This document shows, in pieces, positions 28,366-36,731 of a stretch of DNA of 49,337 nucleotides. The DNA lies in NCBI GenBank assembly GCA_903908535.1, contig CAIVSE010000042.1:1-49337 (forward strand), given 5' to 3'. The DNA is from Candidatus Doudnabacteria bacterium. Its GTDB lineage: Bacteria > Patescibacteriota > Doudnabacteria > UBA920. A model generated the notes under the pieces. The model did not search any database. It was not told the DNA's origin and saw only the letters and a list, made by a program, of their open reading frames with translations. The first letter of the stretch is position 1. Every line of letters begins with the position of its first letter. Both the position numbers and the translations under genes were made by a program.

Positions 28366-28986
28366 ATGGATAAAATGTCTAATTTAGCGCTAATAGCGCA
28401 AATGATTGACTCTGCCGAAAAAAATATCCAGTCGGCAAAGCAGCTTTTGCGCGAGATGATGGGCGGCTTGCCGGCAAAATCAGCAGCCGCATCTTTTACC
28501 CCCAAGCTGACCGACCTGTCAGTCAGTGAAGGCGGCAAGGTCATTGAAGGCGCTTTTGACGGGCAAAATATGATTGGGCCGGACAACAAACAATATCCGG
28601 TGCCGGCCAATTATGCTTCCAAGTCCAAGCTGGTGCAGGGCGACGTGCTGAAACTGACCATTGCCGATGACGGCTCATTTATTTACAAGCAGATTAACCC
28701 GATTGAGCGCAAAAAAATGTTGGGTATTTTAACCCTGGACGATAAGGGTGACTTCCGCGTGTTGGCCGAAGGTAAAATTTACCGCGTGCTCCTGGCCAGC
28801 CTGACTTACTTTAAGGCCGAGCCGGCCGACGAGGTGACCATCATTGTCCCCAAAGAGGGGGACAGCGAATGGGCGGCCGTGGAAAATGTCATTAAAAAAT
28901 CAGCCTCCCAGCATGCCGCGGATATGGAAATGGGCGATACGTCCGCTTCCCGCCGCATGATTATGGACGAGGACGAGGAACTTTAG
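28366..28986 (+). CDS. Hypothetical protein
   Basis: ATG at 28366 gives MDKMSNLALIAQ...; 206 aa; acidic C-terminus. Confidence 0.45.
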   Translation: MDKMSNLALIAQMIDSAEKNIQSAKQLLREMMGGLPAKSAAASFTPKLTDLSVSEGGKVIEGAFDGQNMIGPDNKQYPVPANYASKSKLVQGDVLKLTIADDGSFIYKQINPIERKKMLGILTLDDKGDFRVLAEGKIYRVLLASLTYFKAEPADEVTIIVPKEGDSEWAAVENVIKKSASQHAADMEMGDTSASRRMIMDEDEEL

Positions 28987-29001
28987 GCTAAATAATAAAT
29001 T

Positions 29002-29658
29002 ATGATGAATAATTCTAACACTCAAACTTTTTCCCAGAATTCAACCACTCTCTTTCTGCAAAAGTATCCCATTATAATGCAGATTTTGCGTTTCGTGGCC
29101 ATTGGTTTTTTAAACACCGGGTTAAGTTTTGTCATCGCCAATTTAATTTCCAAATATTTCGGCATTGTGGAGGGCAACCAACTGGGTTACAGCAGCTCCA
29201 TCGGCTTTTTGTGCGCCACCCTGCAAAGTTACTATTGGAATAAAAATTGGGCCTTCGGCGAGCAGACTGCCGGGCTGCTTCGGAATTTTTCGCGGTTAAT
29301 TTTAGTGGGCGCGGTAGGCGTACTGACCCTGGCTTTTGTCTATTTGGGTTCCCAGTTTGGTGCCGCTTATTTTTACTACATTATTTTACTGGTGGTGTTT
29401 CTGGCGGTTGAGTATACCCTGTGGCACGGTTTTGGCCTGGGTGGCGCCAAGGGCAGCGGACAAAACCTGGCTTTGTCATTTTTTATTGTCAGCTTAATCG
29501 GCTTCATCATTAACTTTTTTATTTCCGCCCGGTTTTCGGAAGCCGTACACCTGGTTTCCAATCCCGATCTTAACAAAAATTTAGCTTTGGTGGTGGCCAC
29601 CTGCGTATCCTTAATTTGGAATTTTATCGGTTATAAACTGCTGGTGTTTAAGAAATAG
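29002..29658 (+). CDS. GtrA-family membrane protein
   Basis: RFVAIGFLNTGLSF... and C-terminal WNFIGYKLLVFKK typical of GtrA (from recall). Confidence 0.65.
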   Translation: MMNNSNTQTFSQNSTTLFLQKYPIIMQILRFVAIGFLNTGLSFVIANLISKYFGIVEGNQLGYSSSIGFLCATLQSYYWNKNWAFGEQTAGLLRNFSRLILVGAVGVLTLAFVYLGSQFGAAYFYYIILLVVFLAVEYTLWHGFGLGGAKGSGQNLALSFFIVSLIGFIINFFISARFSEAVHLVSNPDLNKNLALVVATCVSLIWNFIGYKLLVFKK

Positions 29659-29830
29659 TCTGGCATGACCGAGCCAATGTCCTTTTGTCCAGACCATAAC
29701 TTTTCCAAAAAGCCTGGTCTTTTTGCGGTAGTAAAAAGTTTTTGGATAAAGTTCTGAGTGAGTCCCGCCCCAGGAGCGGGACGAACGTGTCTGGAAAAAG
29801 GACTTGGCGAGGTTATAAGAGCATGCTTTG
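29659..29830 (+). ncRNA. Candidate rod-like structured RNA upstream of dnaX; identity unknown
   Basis: 29674-29694 pairs with 29789-29807 (19 bp with 2 bulges). The helix extends outward (29664-29673 with 29808-29826). Apical hairpin GTCCCGC...GCGGGAC at 29762-29782. Confidence 0.35.
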
Positions 29831-29877
29831 TCCTTTGACGCGACTGGTGATATAATGGCAGTATTAAACTTAATTTT

Positions 29878-31485
29878 ATGGCCGTTTTATACCGTAAATA
29901 CCGGCCCCAGACGTTTGCCGAAGTCCTGGGGCAGAAGCATGTCGTCCAGACCCTGAAAAACCAGGTTTTGGCCGGGTCGGTGGCGCACGCTTATTTGTTT
30001 ACCGGCGGCCGGGGCATTGGCAAAACCTCCATTGCCCGCATTTTAGCCAAGGCCGTTAATTGCATAAGTGTCAAAGATGGCGACGCCTGCGGCAAGTGCG
30101 ACATTTGCAAACAAATAGAAGCCGGGCAGTTTTTGGATTTAACGGAAATCGACGCAGCCAGCAACACCGGCGTGGACAACATCCGCGAATTAATTGAGCA
30201 TGTAAAATTCAGCCCGGCCATCGGCAAATATAAAGTCTTCATTGTGGATGAAGTCCATATGTTGAGCAAGGGCGCTTTTAACGCTTTATTGAAGACTTTG
30301 GAGGAGCCGCCAAAACATGCCATTTTTGTCTTGGCCACCACGGAAATCAACAAAGTTCCGCCGACCATAATTTCCCGCACCCAGCGGTTTGATTTTACCT
30401 CGCCTTCGGTCAAAGAGTTATCCGGACATCTGGTAAATGTCATTAAACAGGAAAAAATAAAGTTAAAACCGGAAATTATAGAACTTGTGGCGGCTAACGC
30501 CCAGGGCAGTACCCGCGACGCGCTCTCGCTTTTGGATAAAGTTTTAAGCTTAGGGGATAATCCTTCCATAGAGGATTGCTTAAATTTGTTGGGCGTTACC
30601 GATATTGCGCTTTCGGAAAATTTATTAGAAATGGTGGTGGCGGAAAATGCGGCCCAAATTCCCGCGTTTTTTGACGGCCTCATGGAGCGCGGTACGGATT
30701 TCAGTATTTTTAACAAAGACTTTTTAGAATATTCGCGCAAAGCTTTAGTGCTTAAAGTGGCGCCCCAGGTTGCTCCGGCGCTGTCGCCTGAACATTCCGC
30801 TAAATTAGCAGAAATGGCCGGCCGGCTGTCTTTGCAGGAAACTATTTTTATTATCAGGTTATTTTTGCGGTCATATAAAGATTTACCCACCTCGCCGAGC
30901 GCCGAAATTCCTTTATTTCTTGCGGCGCTGGAAGCCTGTAACAGAAAGCCTCAAAATCCGGCCACACAGGCAAATTTGGCAGCCCAGAAAACCGCAGCTG
31001 CGCCGGCAAAATACGAAATACCGGTTGTGGAACCTAAAATTACTGACGATCAGCCGACTCCAGCTGTCAGCCAGTTTGCCTTTACCCAGGTTATTGAGCC
31101 AGCCCAGGGCGCCCCTGTGGTGGAAGATCCTGTATTTGCAAGCGTTGATGAATCCGCCACTATTGCCGATATACAGGACAAATGGGAGCAGGTAGTTACC
31201 GAATTAAAGGAGCTGAACGTGAGTTTGGGTAATTTGGTCAAAAATTCTCCTCTCCAAAAAGTGGAAAGCGGCAAAGTTTTTTTGGGCGTTAAGTTTTTGT
31301 TCCATAAACAGAACCTGGAAAGCCAAAAGAATTTGCAGTTAATTTGCAATACCATAAAAAAACATACCGGTAAAAACATTGGCCTGTGCGCGCTAATTAT
31401 CAAAGATGTTCCCATAGAGCACCACGAGCCGGAAGCGGCTTTGGCTGACGCGTTAAGTATATTAGGTGGGGAAGTGGTAGAATGA
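29878..31485 (+). CDS. dnaX: DNA polymerase III subunit gamma/tau
   Basis: MAVLYRKYRPQTF...GGRGIGKTS...CGKCDIC...STRDALSLLDK. Confidence 0.93.
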   Translation: MAVLYRKYRPQTFAEVLGQKHVVQTLKNQVLAGSVAHAYLFTGGRGIGKTSIARILAKAVNCISVKDGDACGKCDICKQIEAGQFLDLTEIDAASNTGVDNIRELIEHVKFSPAIGKYKVFIVDEVHMLSKGAFNALLKTLEEPPKHAIFVLATTEINKVPPTIISRTQRFDFTSPSVKELSGHLVNVIKQEKIKLKPEIIELVAANAQGSTRDALSLLDKVLSLGDNPSIEDCLNLLGVTDIALSENLLEMVVAENAAQIPAFFDGLMERGTDFSIFNKDFLEYSRKALVLKVAPQVAPALSPEHSAKLAEMAGRLSLQETIFIIRLFLRSYKDLPTSPSAEIPLFLAALEACNRKPQNPATQANLAAQKTAAAPAKYEIPVVEPKITDDQPTPAVSQFAFTQVIEPAQGAPVVEDPVFASVDESATIADIQDKWEQVVTELKELNVSLGNLVKNSPLQKVESGKVFLGVKFLFHKQNLESQKNLQLICNTIKKHTGKNIGLCALIIKDVPIEHHEPEAALADALSILGGEVVE

Positions 31486-31513
31486 TCCTTTAAAATAAGC
31501 CAATAAATTATTA

Positions 31514-31543
31514 TTGACAAATGCAGTATAAATCGTCTACAAT
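31514..31543 (+). promoter_or_regulatory. Sigma70-like promoter
   Basis: TTGACA (31514-31519), 18-nt spacer, TACAAT (31538-31543). Confidence 0.5.
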
Positions 31544-31549
31544 AATATA

Positions 31550-31697
31550 AACGTCAGCCGAACACCGTCCGTATGGCGAGTCTCCGGAAACCTAGGAATA
31601 ATTCCGGATAGGCTGTTCCAACCCATGTTTTGGTCGCTAGACCCAAAATACGTTGGTCTAAGAGAGCACCCCTATTGGTTAGGGGTGTTTTCGTTTT
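31550..31697 (+). ncRNA. Candidate about 150-nt sRNA or orphan riboswitch-like element ending in an intrinsic terminator
   Basis: Stems are CAGCC...GGCTG enclosing TCCGGA...TCCGGA, and CCAAC...GTTGG enclosing TTTTGGTC...GACCCAAAA. The terminator is CACCCCT-ATTGGTT-AGGGGTG plus TTTTCGTTTT (31667-31697). Confidence 0.4.
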
Positions 31698-31920
31698 ATA
31701 CCGCCAATTCCCTAACTGTCTGGCTTAACAAGTTTTGCAGTTTGCCGGTATATGGCTGTCCCTCAATATAATCACGCATAAAACCAGCAATGGCATCAGC
31801 CAAACGGATAAACGCACTACTTTGGTCTTTACTACCGCGCATTTTAGCTAACTTAACGCCGCGGGCCCGCAATCCCCGCGCAAATCTGGGGACTTCGGCG
31901 GGCAGGTTGTAGAAGATCAT
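31696..31920 (-). pseudogene. C-terminal fragment resembling a DUF3800-family protein
   Basis: SKDQSSAFIRLADAIAGF resembles the conserved DUF3800 C-terminal motif (from recall). It is only about 74 aa and overlaps the opposite-strand remnant. Confidence 0.35.
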
Positions 31921-31929
31921 TTTCGTTAC

Positions 31930-32163
31930 TTGACGAAAATGATTAAAATAGGGCATAGTGCAGATCGCCCAGTTGATGATTACAAATTGGATCGGTATGC
32001 TTGTTATTTGATTGCCCAAAATGGCGATCCTAACAAAATCCCGATTGCCATTGGTTCAGAAGTCCGTCAGACCATAAAAAAGATCAATGGGGTGTTACCG
32101 GAGCGTTTGCCCGTAGAAAAACATATAAAGGAACTTAAAAAGGATGCAAAAAAGTTGAAATAA
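31930..32163 (+). pseudogene. Internally deleted DinD (DNA-damage-inducible protein D)-like remnant
   Basis: MIKIGHSADRPVDDYKLDRYACYLIAQNGDPNKIPIAIG then VRQTIKKINGVLPERLP parallels E. coli DinD ...LSRYACYLVVQNGDPAKPVIAAG ... VRQTIQELGGTMPEELP. The N-terminus and about 120 central residues are missing. Confidence 0.5.
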
Positions 32164-32243
32164 GCCATTTACATTAAGGCATGCCTTGTAATTAAGACGT
32201 GTCTTTTTTTGTAGTCAAAATATGATATACTTAACGTAGAATT

Positions 32244-33479
32244 ATGGATCAAGAAAACAATACCCAAATAAACAAGCCTTTGGCAGTAGTTATTATTTTA
32301 AGCCTTATTTGCGGGGTCTTGGGCGGGTTTTTTGGTTTGGCCCTGGCTGTTAAAAATCCCTCTGTCCAAAAGCTACTGATGGCCGGAACAGCTGTTAACC
32401 AGCAGGTTTCGCTTTCGGAGAGCTCGGATATTATCAATGTTGTTAAAAAAGCCAGTCCGGCCGTAGTTTCTATTGTCATTTCCCAGGATGTCAGCCAAAT
32501 TCCGGGTTACGGCAACAGCCCATTTAATAACGACCCATTCTTTAACTTTTTTTATAATAACGGCGGACAAAGTCAGCAACAGGCGCCTTCATCCGGCACG
32601 CCGGACGTCCAGCAAATTGGCGCGGGCAGCGGCTTCTTTATTTCGGCGGACGGCCTGATTGTCACCAACAAGCATGTGGTGGATACGGCCGGGGCCAGCT
32701 ATACCGTGCTGACCTCGGACGGCAAAAGCTATCCGGCTACGGTGCAGTCGCTGGACCCGGTTAACGACCTGGCCATGGTAAAAATTAACATTAAAAACGC
32801 GCCGTACCTGCAACTGGCCAATTCTTCCAGTTTGCAGGTGGGGCAAGAGGTAGTTGCCATTGGCAATTCCCTGGGCCAGTACCAAAACACCGTGACCAGC
32901 GGTATTGTTTCCGGCATTGGCCGCAAAATTGTGGCCGGCGACCAGCAGGGCAGCGAATCTTTAACTAACGTTATCCAGACCGACGCGGCCATAAACCCGG
33001 GCAACAGCGGCGGCCCGCTACTGGACGTTAACGGCAATGTGGTTGGTATTAACACGGCCATTGACCAGCAGGGCCAGCTGGTTGGTTTTGCCATTCCCTC
33101 CAACGAAATCAGCAAGGACGTAACCAGCTTCCAGCAGAACGGCAGTATTGTTCGCCCGTATTTGGGCGTGCGCTACATTTTAATTACATCTGATATTGCC
33201 CAGCAGCAGAATTTGCCGGAAAGTTATGGCGCGCTGATTGTTTCCGGCGGTACAGCGGGTGATGTGGCGGTTATTCCCGGCAGCCCGGCGGATAAAGCCG
33301 GTTTGGTGGAAAACGATATTATTTTGGAAGTCAACGGCACCAAAGTGGATGAAAATAATACCCTAAGCGATCTTTTGGATAATTTTAACCCGGGTGATAC
33401 CGTGACTTTGCAGGTTTACCATAAAGGCCAAACTAAGACCGTACAGGTCCAGCTGGCCAAGGCACCTAATAATAGCTAA
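32244..33479 (+). CDS. HtrA/DegP-family serine protease with PDZ domain
   Basis: N-terminal TM segment, TNKHVV (His), NDLAMVK (Asp), GNSGGPLL (Ser), C-terminal PDZ-like region. Confidence 0.88.
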   Translation: MDQENNTQINKPLAVVIILSLICGVLGGFFGLALAVKNPSVQKLLMAGTAVNQQVSLSESSDIINVVKKASPAVVSIVISQDVSQIPGYGNSPFNNDPFFNFFYNNGGQSQQQAPSSGTPDVQQIGAGSGFFISADGLIVTNKHVVDTAGASYTVLTSDGKSYPATVQSLDPVNDLAMVKINIKNAPYLQLANSSSLQVGQEVVAIGNSLGQYQNTVTSGIVSGIGRKIVAGDQQGSESLTNVIQTDAAINPGNSGGPLLDVNGNVVGINTAIDQQGQLVGFAIPSNEISKDVTSFQQNGSIVRPYLGVRYILITSDIAQQQNLPESYGALIVSGGTAGDVAVIPGSPADKAGLVENDIILEVNGTKVDENNTLSDLLDNFNPGDTVTLQVYHKGQTKTVQVQLAKAPNNS

Positions 33480-33865
33480 TGATGAAAATTTTAGGTTTGG
33501 ATTTTGGAGAAAAACGCATTGGGTTGGCTATTTCCGATGAAACATGCACCTTTGCCCGTGAACTGGATATACTTTCACCCAAGGAATTTTGGAGTAAAAT
33601 TAACCAGATAGTGGCCGAAAACGGCATCGGTGAAATTGTTTTGGGCTGGCCGCTGAACATGAGTGGGGACGAAACCAAAAAGACCAAAGAAGCGGAAGGC
33701 TTTAAGTTAAAAGTGGAAAGAGTGACAACTTTGCCGGTGGCTGTTATGGATGAGAGGCTGACCTCGGTCATGGCAGAAAATATTTCCGGATCCAAAAAGA
33801 ATTTAGACAGCCTGGCCGCGCAAATTATTTTGCAAAATTATTTAAATAAAAATAAGAATAAATGA
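33479..33865 (+). CDS. ruvX: YqgF/RuvX putative pre-16S rRNA nuclease
   Basis: MKILGLDFGEKRIGLAISD; 128 aa. Confidence 0.85.
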   Translation: MMKILGLDFGEKRIGLAISDETCTFARELDILSPKEFWSKINQIVAENGIGEIVLGWPLNMSGDETKKTKEAEGFKLKVERVTTLPVAVMDERLTSVMAENISGSKKNLDSLAAQIILQNYLNKNKNK

Positions 33866-34860
33866 GCGAGCTACGACAAAATCCAATAACAAAGCAATGG
33901 GTCTTAATTGCCCCGTCCCGCGGCAAGCGGCCGGACGAGTACGCCACTTACAGCGTCATGCACGGCGTGCCTGAAGTGGATAAAAAGTGCGTGTTTTGCC
34001 CTGGCAACGAGCATTTAAATACCGAGCTGCTCCGTATCCCCAAAGGCAGCGACTGGGATATTAGGATAATCCCAAACAAGTTTGGGGCCCTGGACCATAT
34101 TCCCGATTACCGGCACAGGGAATTTTATGTTTCCCATTCCGGCGATGGCGACCACGAAGTCATTATAACCAGGAAGCATAACGAACCCGTGGCGCTCCAG
34201 TCCATCAGCCTGGTGGAACTGACCATTAAAACTTTTGTGGACCGCATTAAACTTTTATCCAACCATCCGGAGCTGGCCTATATCCAAATTTTCCACAACC
34301 ACGGCCGCGACGCCGGCGCCACAGCGCTCCATCCGCACTACCAGCTGCTGGCCACGCCCATTGTGCCGCCACACATCCACGCCGAGATTATGGGCTGCTA
34401 CCACCATTACCAAAATAACGGCAGTTGCATTTATTGTGATATCATTAAGGAAGAGCTGGCGGTAAAGGATAGGCTGGTGTTTGAAAGCCAGCATTTTGTG
34501 GTCATTTCGGCTTATGCCAGCCGCAGCCCGTTTGAAACCTGGATTTTACCCAAGCGCCATGGCGCGCGGTTTGAGGATATGACGGAAGAGGAGATTAAAC
34601 ATCTCGCGTTTGTTTTAAAGGTTACTCTTGGGCAGCTGTATACCAAGCTTTCCGACCCGCCGGTGAATTTTTACATCCACACCATGCCCATAGACCGCAA
34701 TGACGCCAAACCAACCTCCCATGAGGAAAAATCTTACCACTGGCATCTCACTATTTTTCCTAGGATAACTATCTGGGCGGGATTTGAGTTTGCGACCGGT
34801 ATACCCGTCAATCCCATGCCGCCGGAAGTGACCGCTAAATTCTTAAGAGGAGAACTATGA
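33862..34860 (+). CDS. galT: Galactose-1-phosphate uridylyltransferase-like (GalT/HIT superfamily)
   Basis: NPITKQWVLIAPSRGKRP, CVFCPGNE, HPHYQL (HxHxQ). Confidence 0.8.
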   Translation: MSELRQNPITKQWVLIAPSRGKRPDEYATYSVMHGVPEVDKKCVFCPGNEHLNTELLRIPKGSDWDIRIIPNKFGALDHIPDYRHREFYVSHSGDGDHEVIITRKHNEPVALQSISLVELTIKTFVDRIKLLSNHPELAYIQIFHNHGRDAGATALHPHYQLLATPIVPPHIHAEIMGCYHHYQNNGSCIYCDIIKEELAVKDRLVFESQHFVVISAYASRSPFETWILPKRHGARFEDMTEEEIKHLAFVLKVTLGQLYTKLSDPPVNFYIHTMPIDRNDAKPTSHEEKSYHWHLTIFPRITIWAGFEFATGIPVNPMPPEVTAKFLRGEL

Positions 34861-35546
34861 GCAAAAAAAAACTTATTGTCGCTAACTGGAAGCTAAATCC
34901 GATAACTCAAAAGGAAGCTGTAAAATTGGCTTCCCAAATAAATCGGAAGCCAAAAAACAAAGTCGTACTGTGTCCGCCGCATGTATTTTTATCGTCCATA
35001 AATTATCCCAATGTTGGCGCGCAGGATTGTTTTTGGGAAGAAAAAGGCGCGTACACCGGGCAGGTCAGTCCGCTGCAGCTAAAGGCGTTAAAAGTCAGAT
35101 ACTGTATTGTCGGCCACAGCGAGCGGCGGGCAATTGGCGAAACCGACCCGCAGATAAACTTAAAAATCCGGGCGCTGCTTAACCATAAAATTATTCCCAT
35201 TCTCTGCGTCGGCTACGGCACCACGGCCAATGAGGATGATATGGAAGTTACCGACGTTTTAAAACTGCAATTGCAGACGGATTTGGCCGGCGTGGACGCT
35301 TCCCAGGTGGTGGTGGCGTATGAGCCGGTGTGGGCTATTGGCACGGGTAAGACACCGACTGCCGACCATGCAGGCAGGATTGCATTATTTATTAAGACTA
35401 AATTTGGAGTGAAAATCGTTTTGTACGGCGGCAGTGCCAACATATTTAACGCCAAAAGCTTTTTGCAGGAACAACTAGTTGACGGTCTGCTGGTAGGCGG
35501 CGACAGTTTAATTCCAAACCATTTTAACCAGATAATAAATTTATGA
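34857..35546 (+). CDS. tpiA: Triosephosphate isomerase
   Basis: ANWKLN, VGHSERR, AYEPVWAIGTG. Confidence 0.93.
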   Translation: MSKKKLIVANWKLNPITQKEAVKLASQINRKPKNKVVLCPPHVFLSSINYPNVGAQDCFWEEKGAYTGQVSPLQLKALKVRYCIVGHSERRAIGETDPQINLKIRALLNHKIIPILCVGYGTTANEDDMEVTDVLKLQLQTDLAGVDASQVVVAYEPVWAIGTGKTPTADHAGRIALFIKTKFGVKIVLYGGSANIFNAKSFLQEQLVDGLLVGGDSLIPNHFNQIINL

Positions 35547-35998
35547 TATATCTTGGCAGTGACCATGGAGGTTTTCAGCTTAAAGAAGAGATTAAAAAGT
35601 TTTTGGCGGAGCAAGATTTGCCATTTGAAGATTTTGGCGCGGAGCAGTTAACCCCTGACGACGACTATTTTGATTATGCCGCGACCGTCGCGAAAAAAGT
35701 GGCGGCCCAACCTCAAAACAACCTGGGAATTTTAATGTGCCGCAGCGGCCAAGGGGTTAATATTGTGGCCAATAAGTTTAAAGGCGTGCGCGCGGCATTG
35801 GTTTGGAATACCAAAGAGGCAATTGCCAGCCGTACGGATGACCTCACCAATGTTTTAAGTTTACCGGCTGATTATATTTCCGTGGAGGAGGCTAAACAAA
35901 TTGTTAAAGTCTGGATGGAAACGCCCATGGGTATGGAAGACAGGCACGTCAAAAGAGTGCAAAAAATTAAAAATTTGGAAAACACTTCATACAAATAG
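35543..35998 (+). CDS. rpiB: Ribose-5-phosphate isomerase B
   Basis: IYLGSDHGGFQLKEEI; MCRSGQGVNIVANK. Confidence 0.9.
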   Translation: MIYLGSDHGGFQLKEEIKKFLAEQDLPFEDFGAEQLTPDDDYFDYAATVAKKVAAQPQNNLGILMCRSGQGVNIVANKFKGVRAALVWNTKEAIASRTDDLTNVLSLPADYISVEEAKQIVKVWMETPMGMEDRHVKRVQKIKNLENTSYK

Positions 35999-35999
35999 C

Positions 36000-36644
36000 A
36001 TGGCCAAAATTGTCCCAGCCATTTTAGAAACTGCCAAAGACGGCTTTAACGACCAGCTGTCCAGAATTTGCAAACTGCCCGGCGTGGAGCGGGTGCAGGT
36101 GGATTTTTGCGACGGTGTTTTTGTTGAAAATAAAACTTTAGCAGTCACGGACATGGATGTGCTGACGCCAACTATCCATTTTGAGGCGCACTTAATGGCG
36201 CAGGCACCAATGGACTTTTTGGATTACCAAATTTGTGGTTTTAAGACTATAATTGTGCATTACGAGGCATACCAGTCCGAAGATGAACTTTTTAAGGCTG
36301 TCAGGGCCATTCGTGGACAGGGTATGGAGCCTGGTATAGCGGTAAAACCGGAAACTCCGGTGGGGGTGCTGGAAAAATTTCAGGCAGACGTTAAGATTTT
36401 TTTGATTTTAAGCGTCCAGTCCGGACATCAGGGTGGGGAATTCTTGCCCCAAACTTATGAGCGGATTGCCCAATTGAGAAAGCTTTGCCCCAATGCTATA
36501 ATAGAAGCAGACGGCGGGCTGGACGAAGTCAACATCAAACAAGTGGCGGCTTGCGGCGCGGATTTGCTTGTGGTCGGTTCGGCCCTGGCAAAAAGTGCAA
36601 ACATAAACGAAAGCCTCCAAAAATTACAGGAACAAATTATGTAG
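36000..36644 (+). CDS. Ribulose-phosphate 3-epimerase-like barrel protein
   Basis: ATG at 36000 gives AKIVPAILE...VQVDFCDGVFV...EADGGL. Similarity to Rpe is from recall and is weaker than for its neighbours. Confidence 0.6.
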   Translation: MAKIVPAILETAKDGFNDQLSRICKLPGVERVQVDFCDGVFVENKTLAVTDMDVLTPTIHFEAHLMAQAPMDFLDYQICGFKTIIVHYEAYQSEDELFKAVRAIRGQGMEPGIAVKPETPVGVLEKFQADVKIFLILSVQSGHQGGEFLPQTYERIAQLRKLCPNAIIEADGGLDEVNIKQVAACGADLLVVGSALAKSANINESLQKLQEQIM

Positions 36645-36646
36645 TT

Positions 36647-36720
36647 ATCCCGCGGAAACACGGATTTCGCTGAGTTCGCGGAGCGGATTCCGCGGTATCA
36701 GCATCATTCGCGTATCAGCG
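36647..36720 (+). repeat. Intergenic hairpin repeat, CGCG-variant; ends 11 nt before the tkt ATG
   Basis: ATCCCGCGGAAACACGGATTTCGCTGAGTTCGCGGA...TCCGCGGTATCAGCATCATTCGCGTATCAGCG. Confidence 0.6.
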
Positions 36721-36731
36721 AAAAAACTAAA

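Noticed and set aside
29659-29830. Calling this region the SRP (4.5S/scRNA) gene because of the dnaX synteny
   Set aside because: I could not find the conserved helix-8 features (GNAR tetraloop closed by C-G, AGCA/GGAA loops). It is kept only as an unidentified structured-RNA candidate.
29991-30890. 299-aa minus-strand ORF inside dnaX
   Set aside because: It is antisense to a dnaX region with clear clamp-loader motifs, so it is a shadow ORF.
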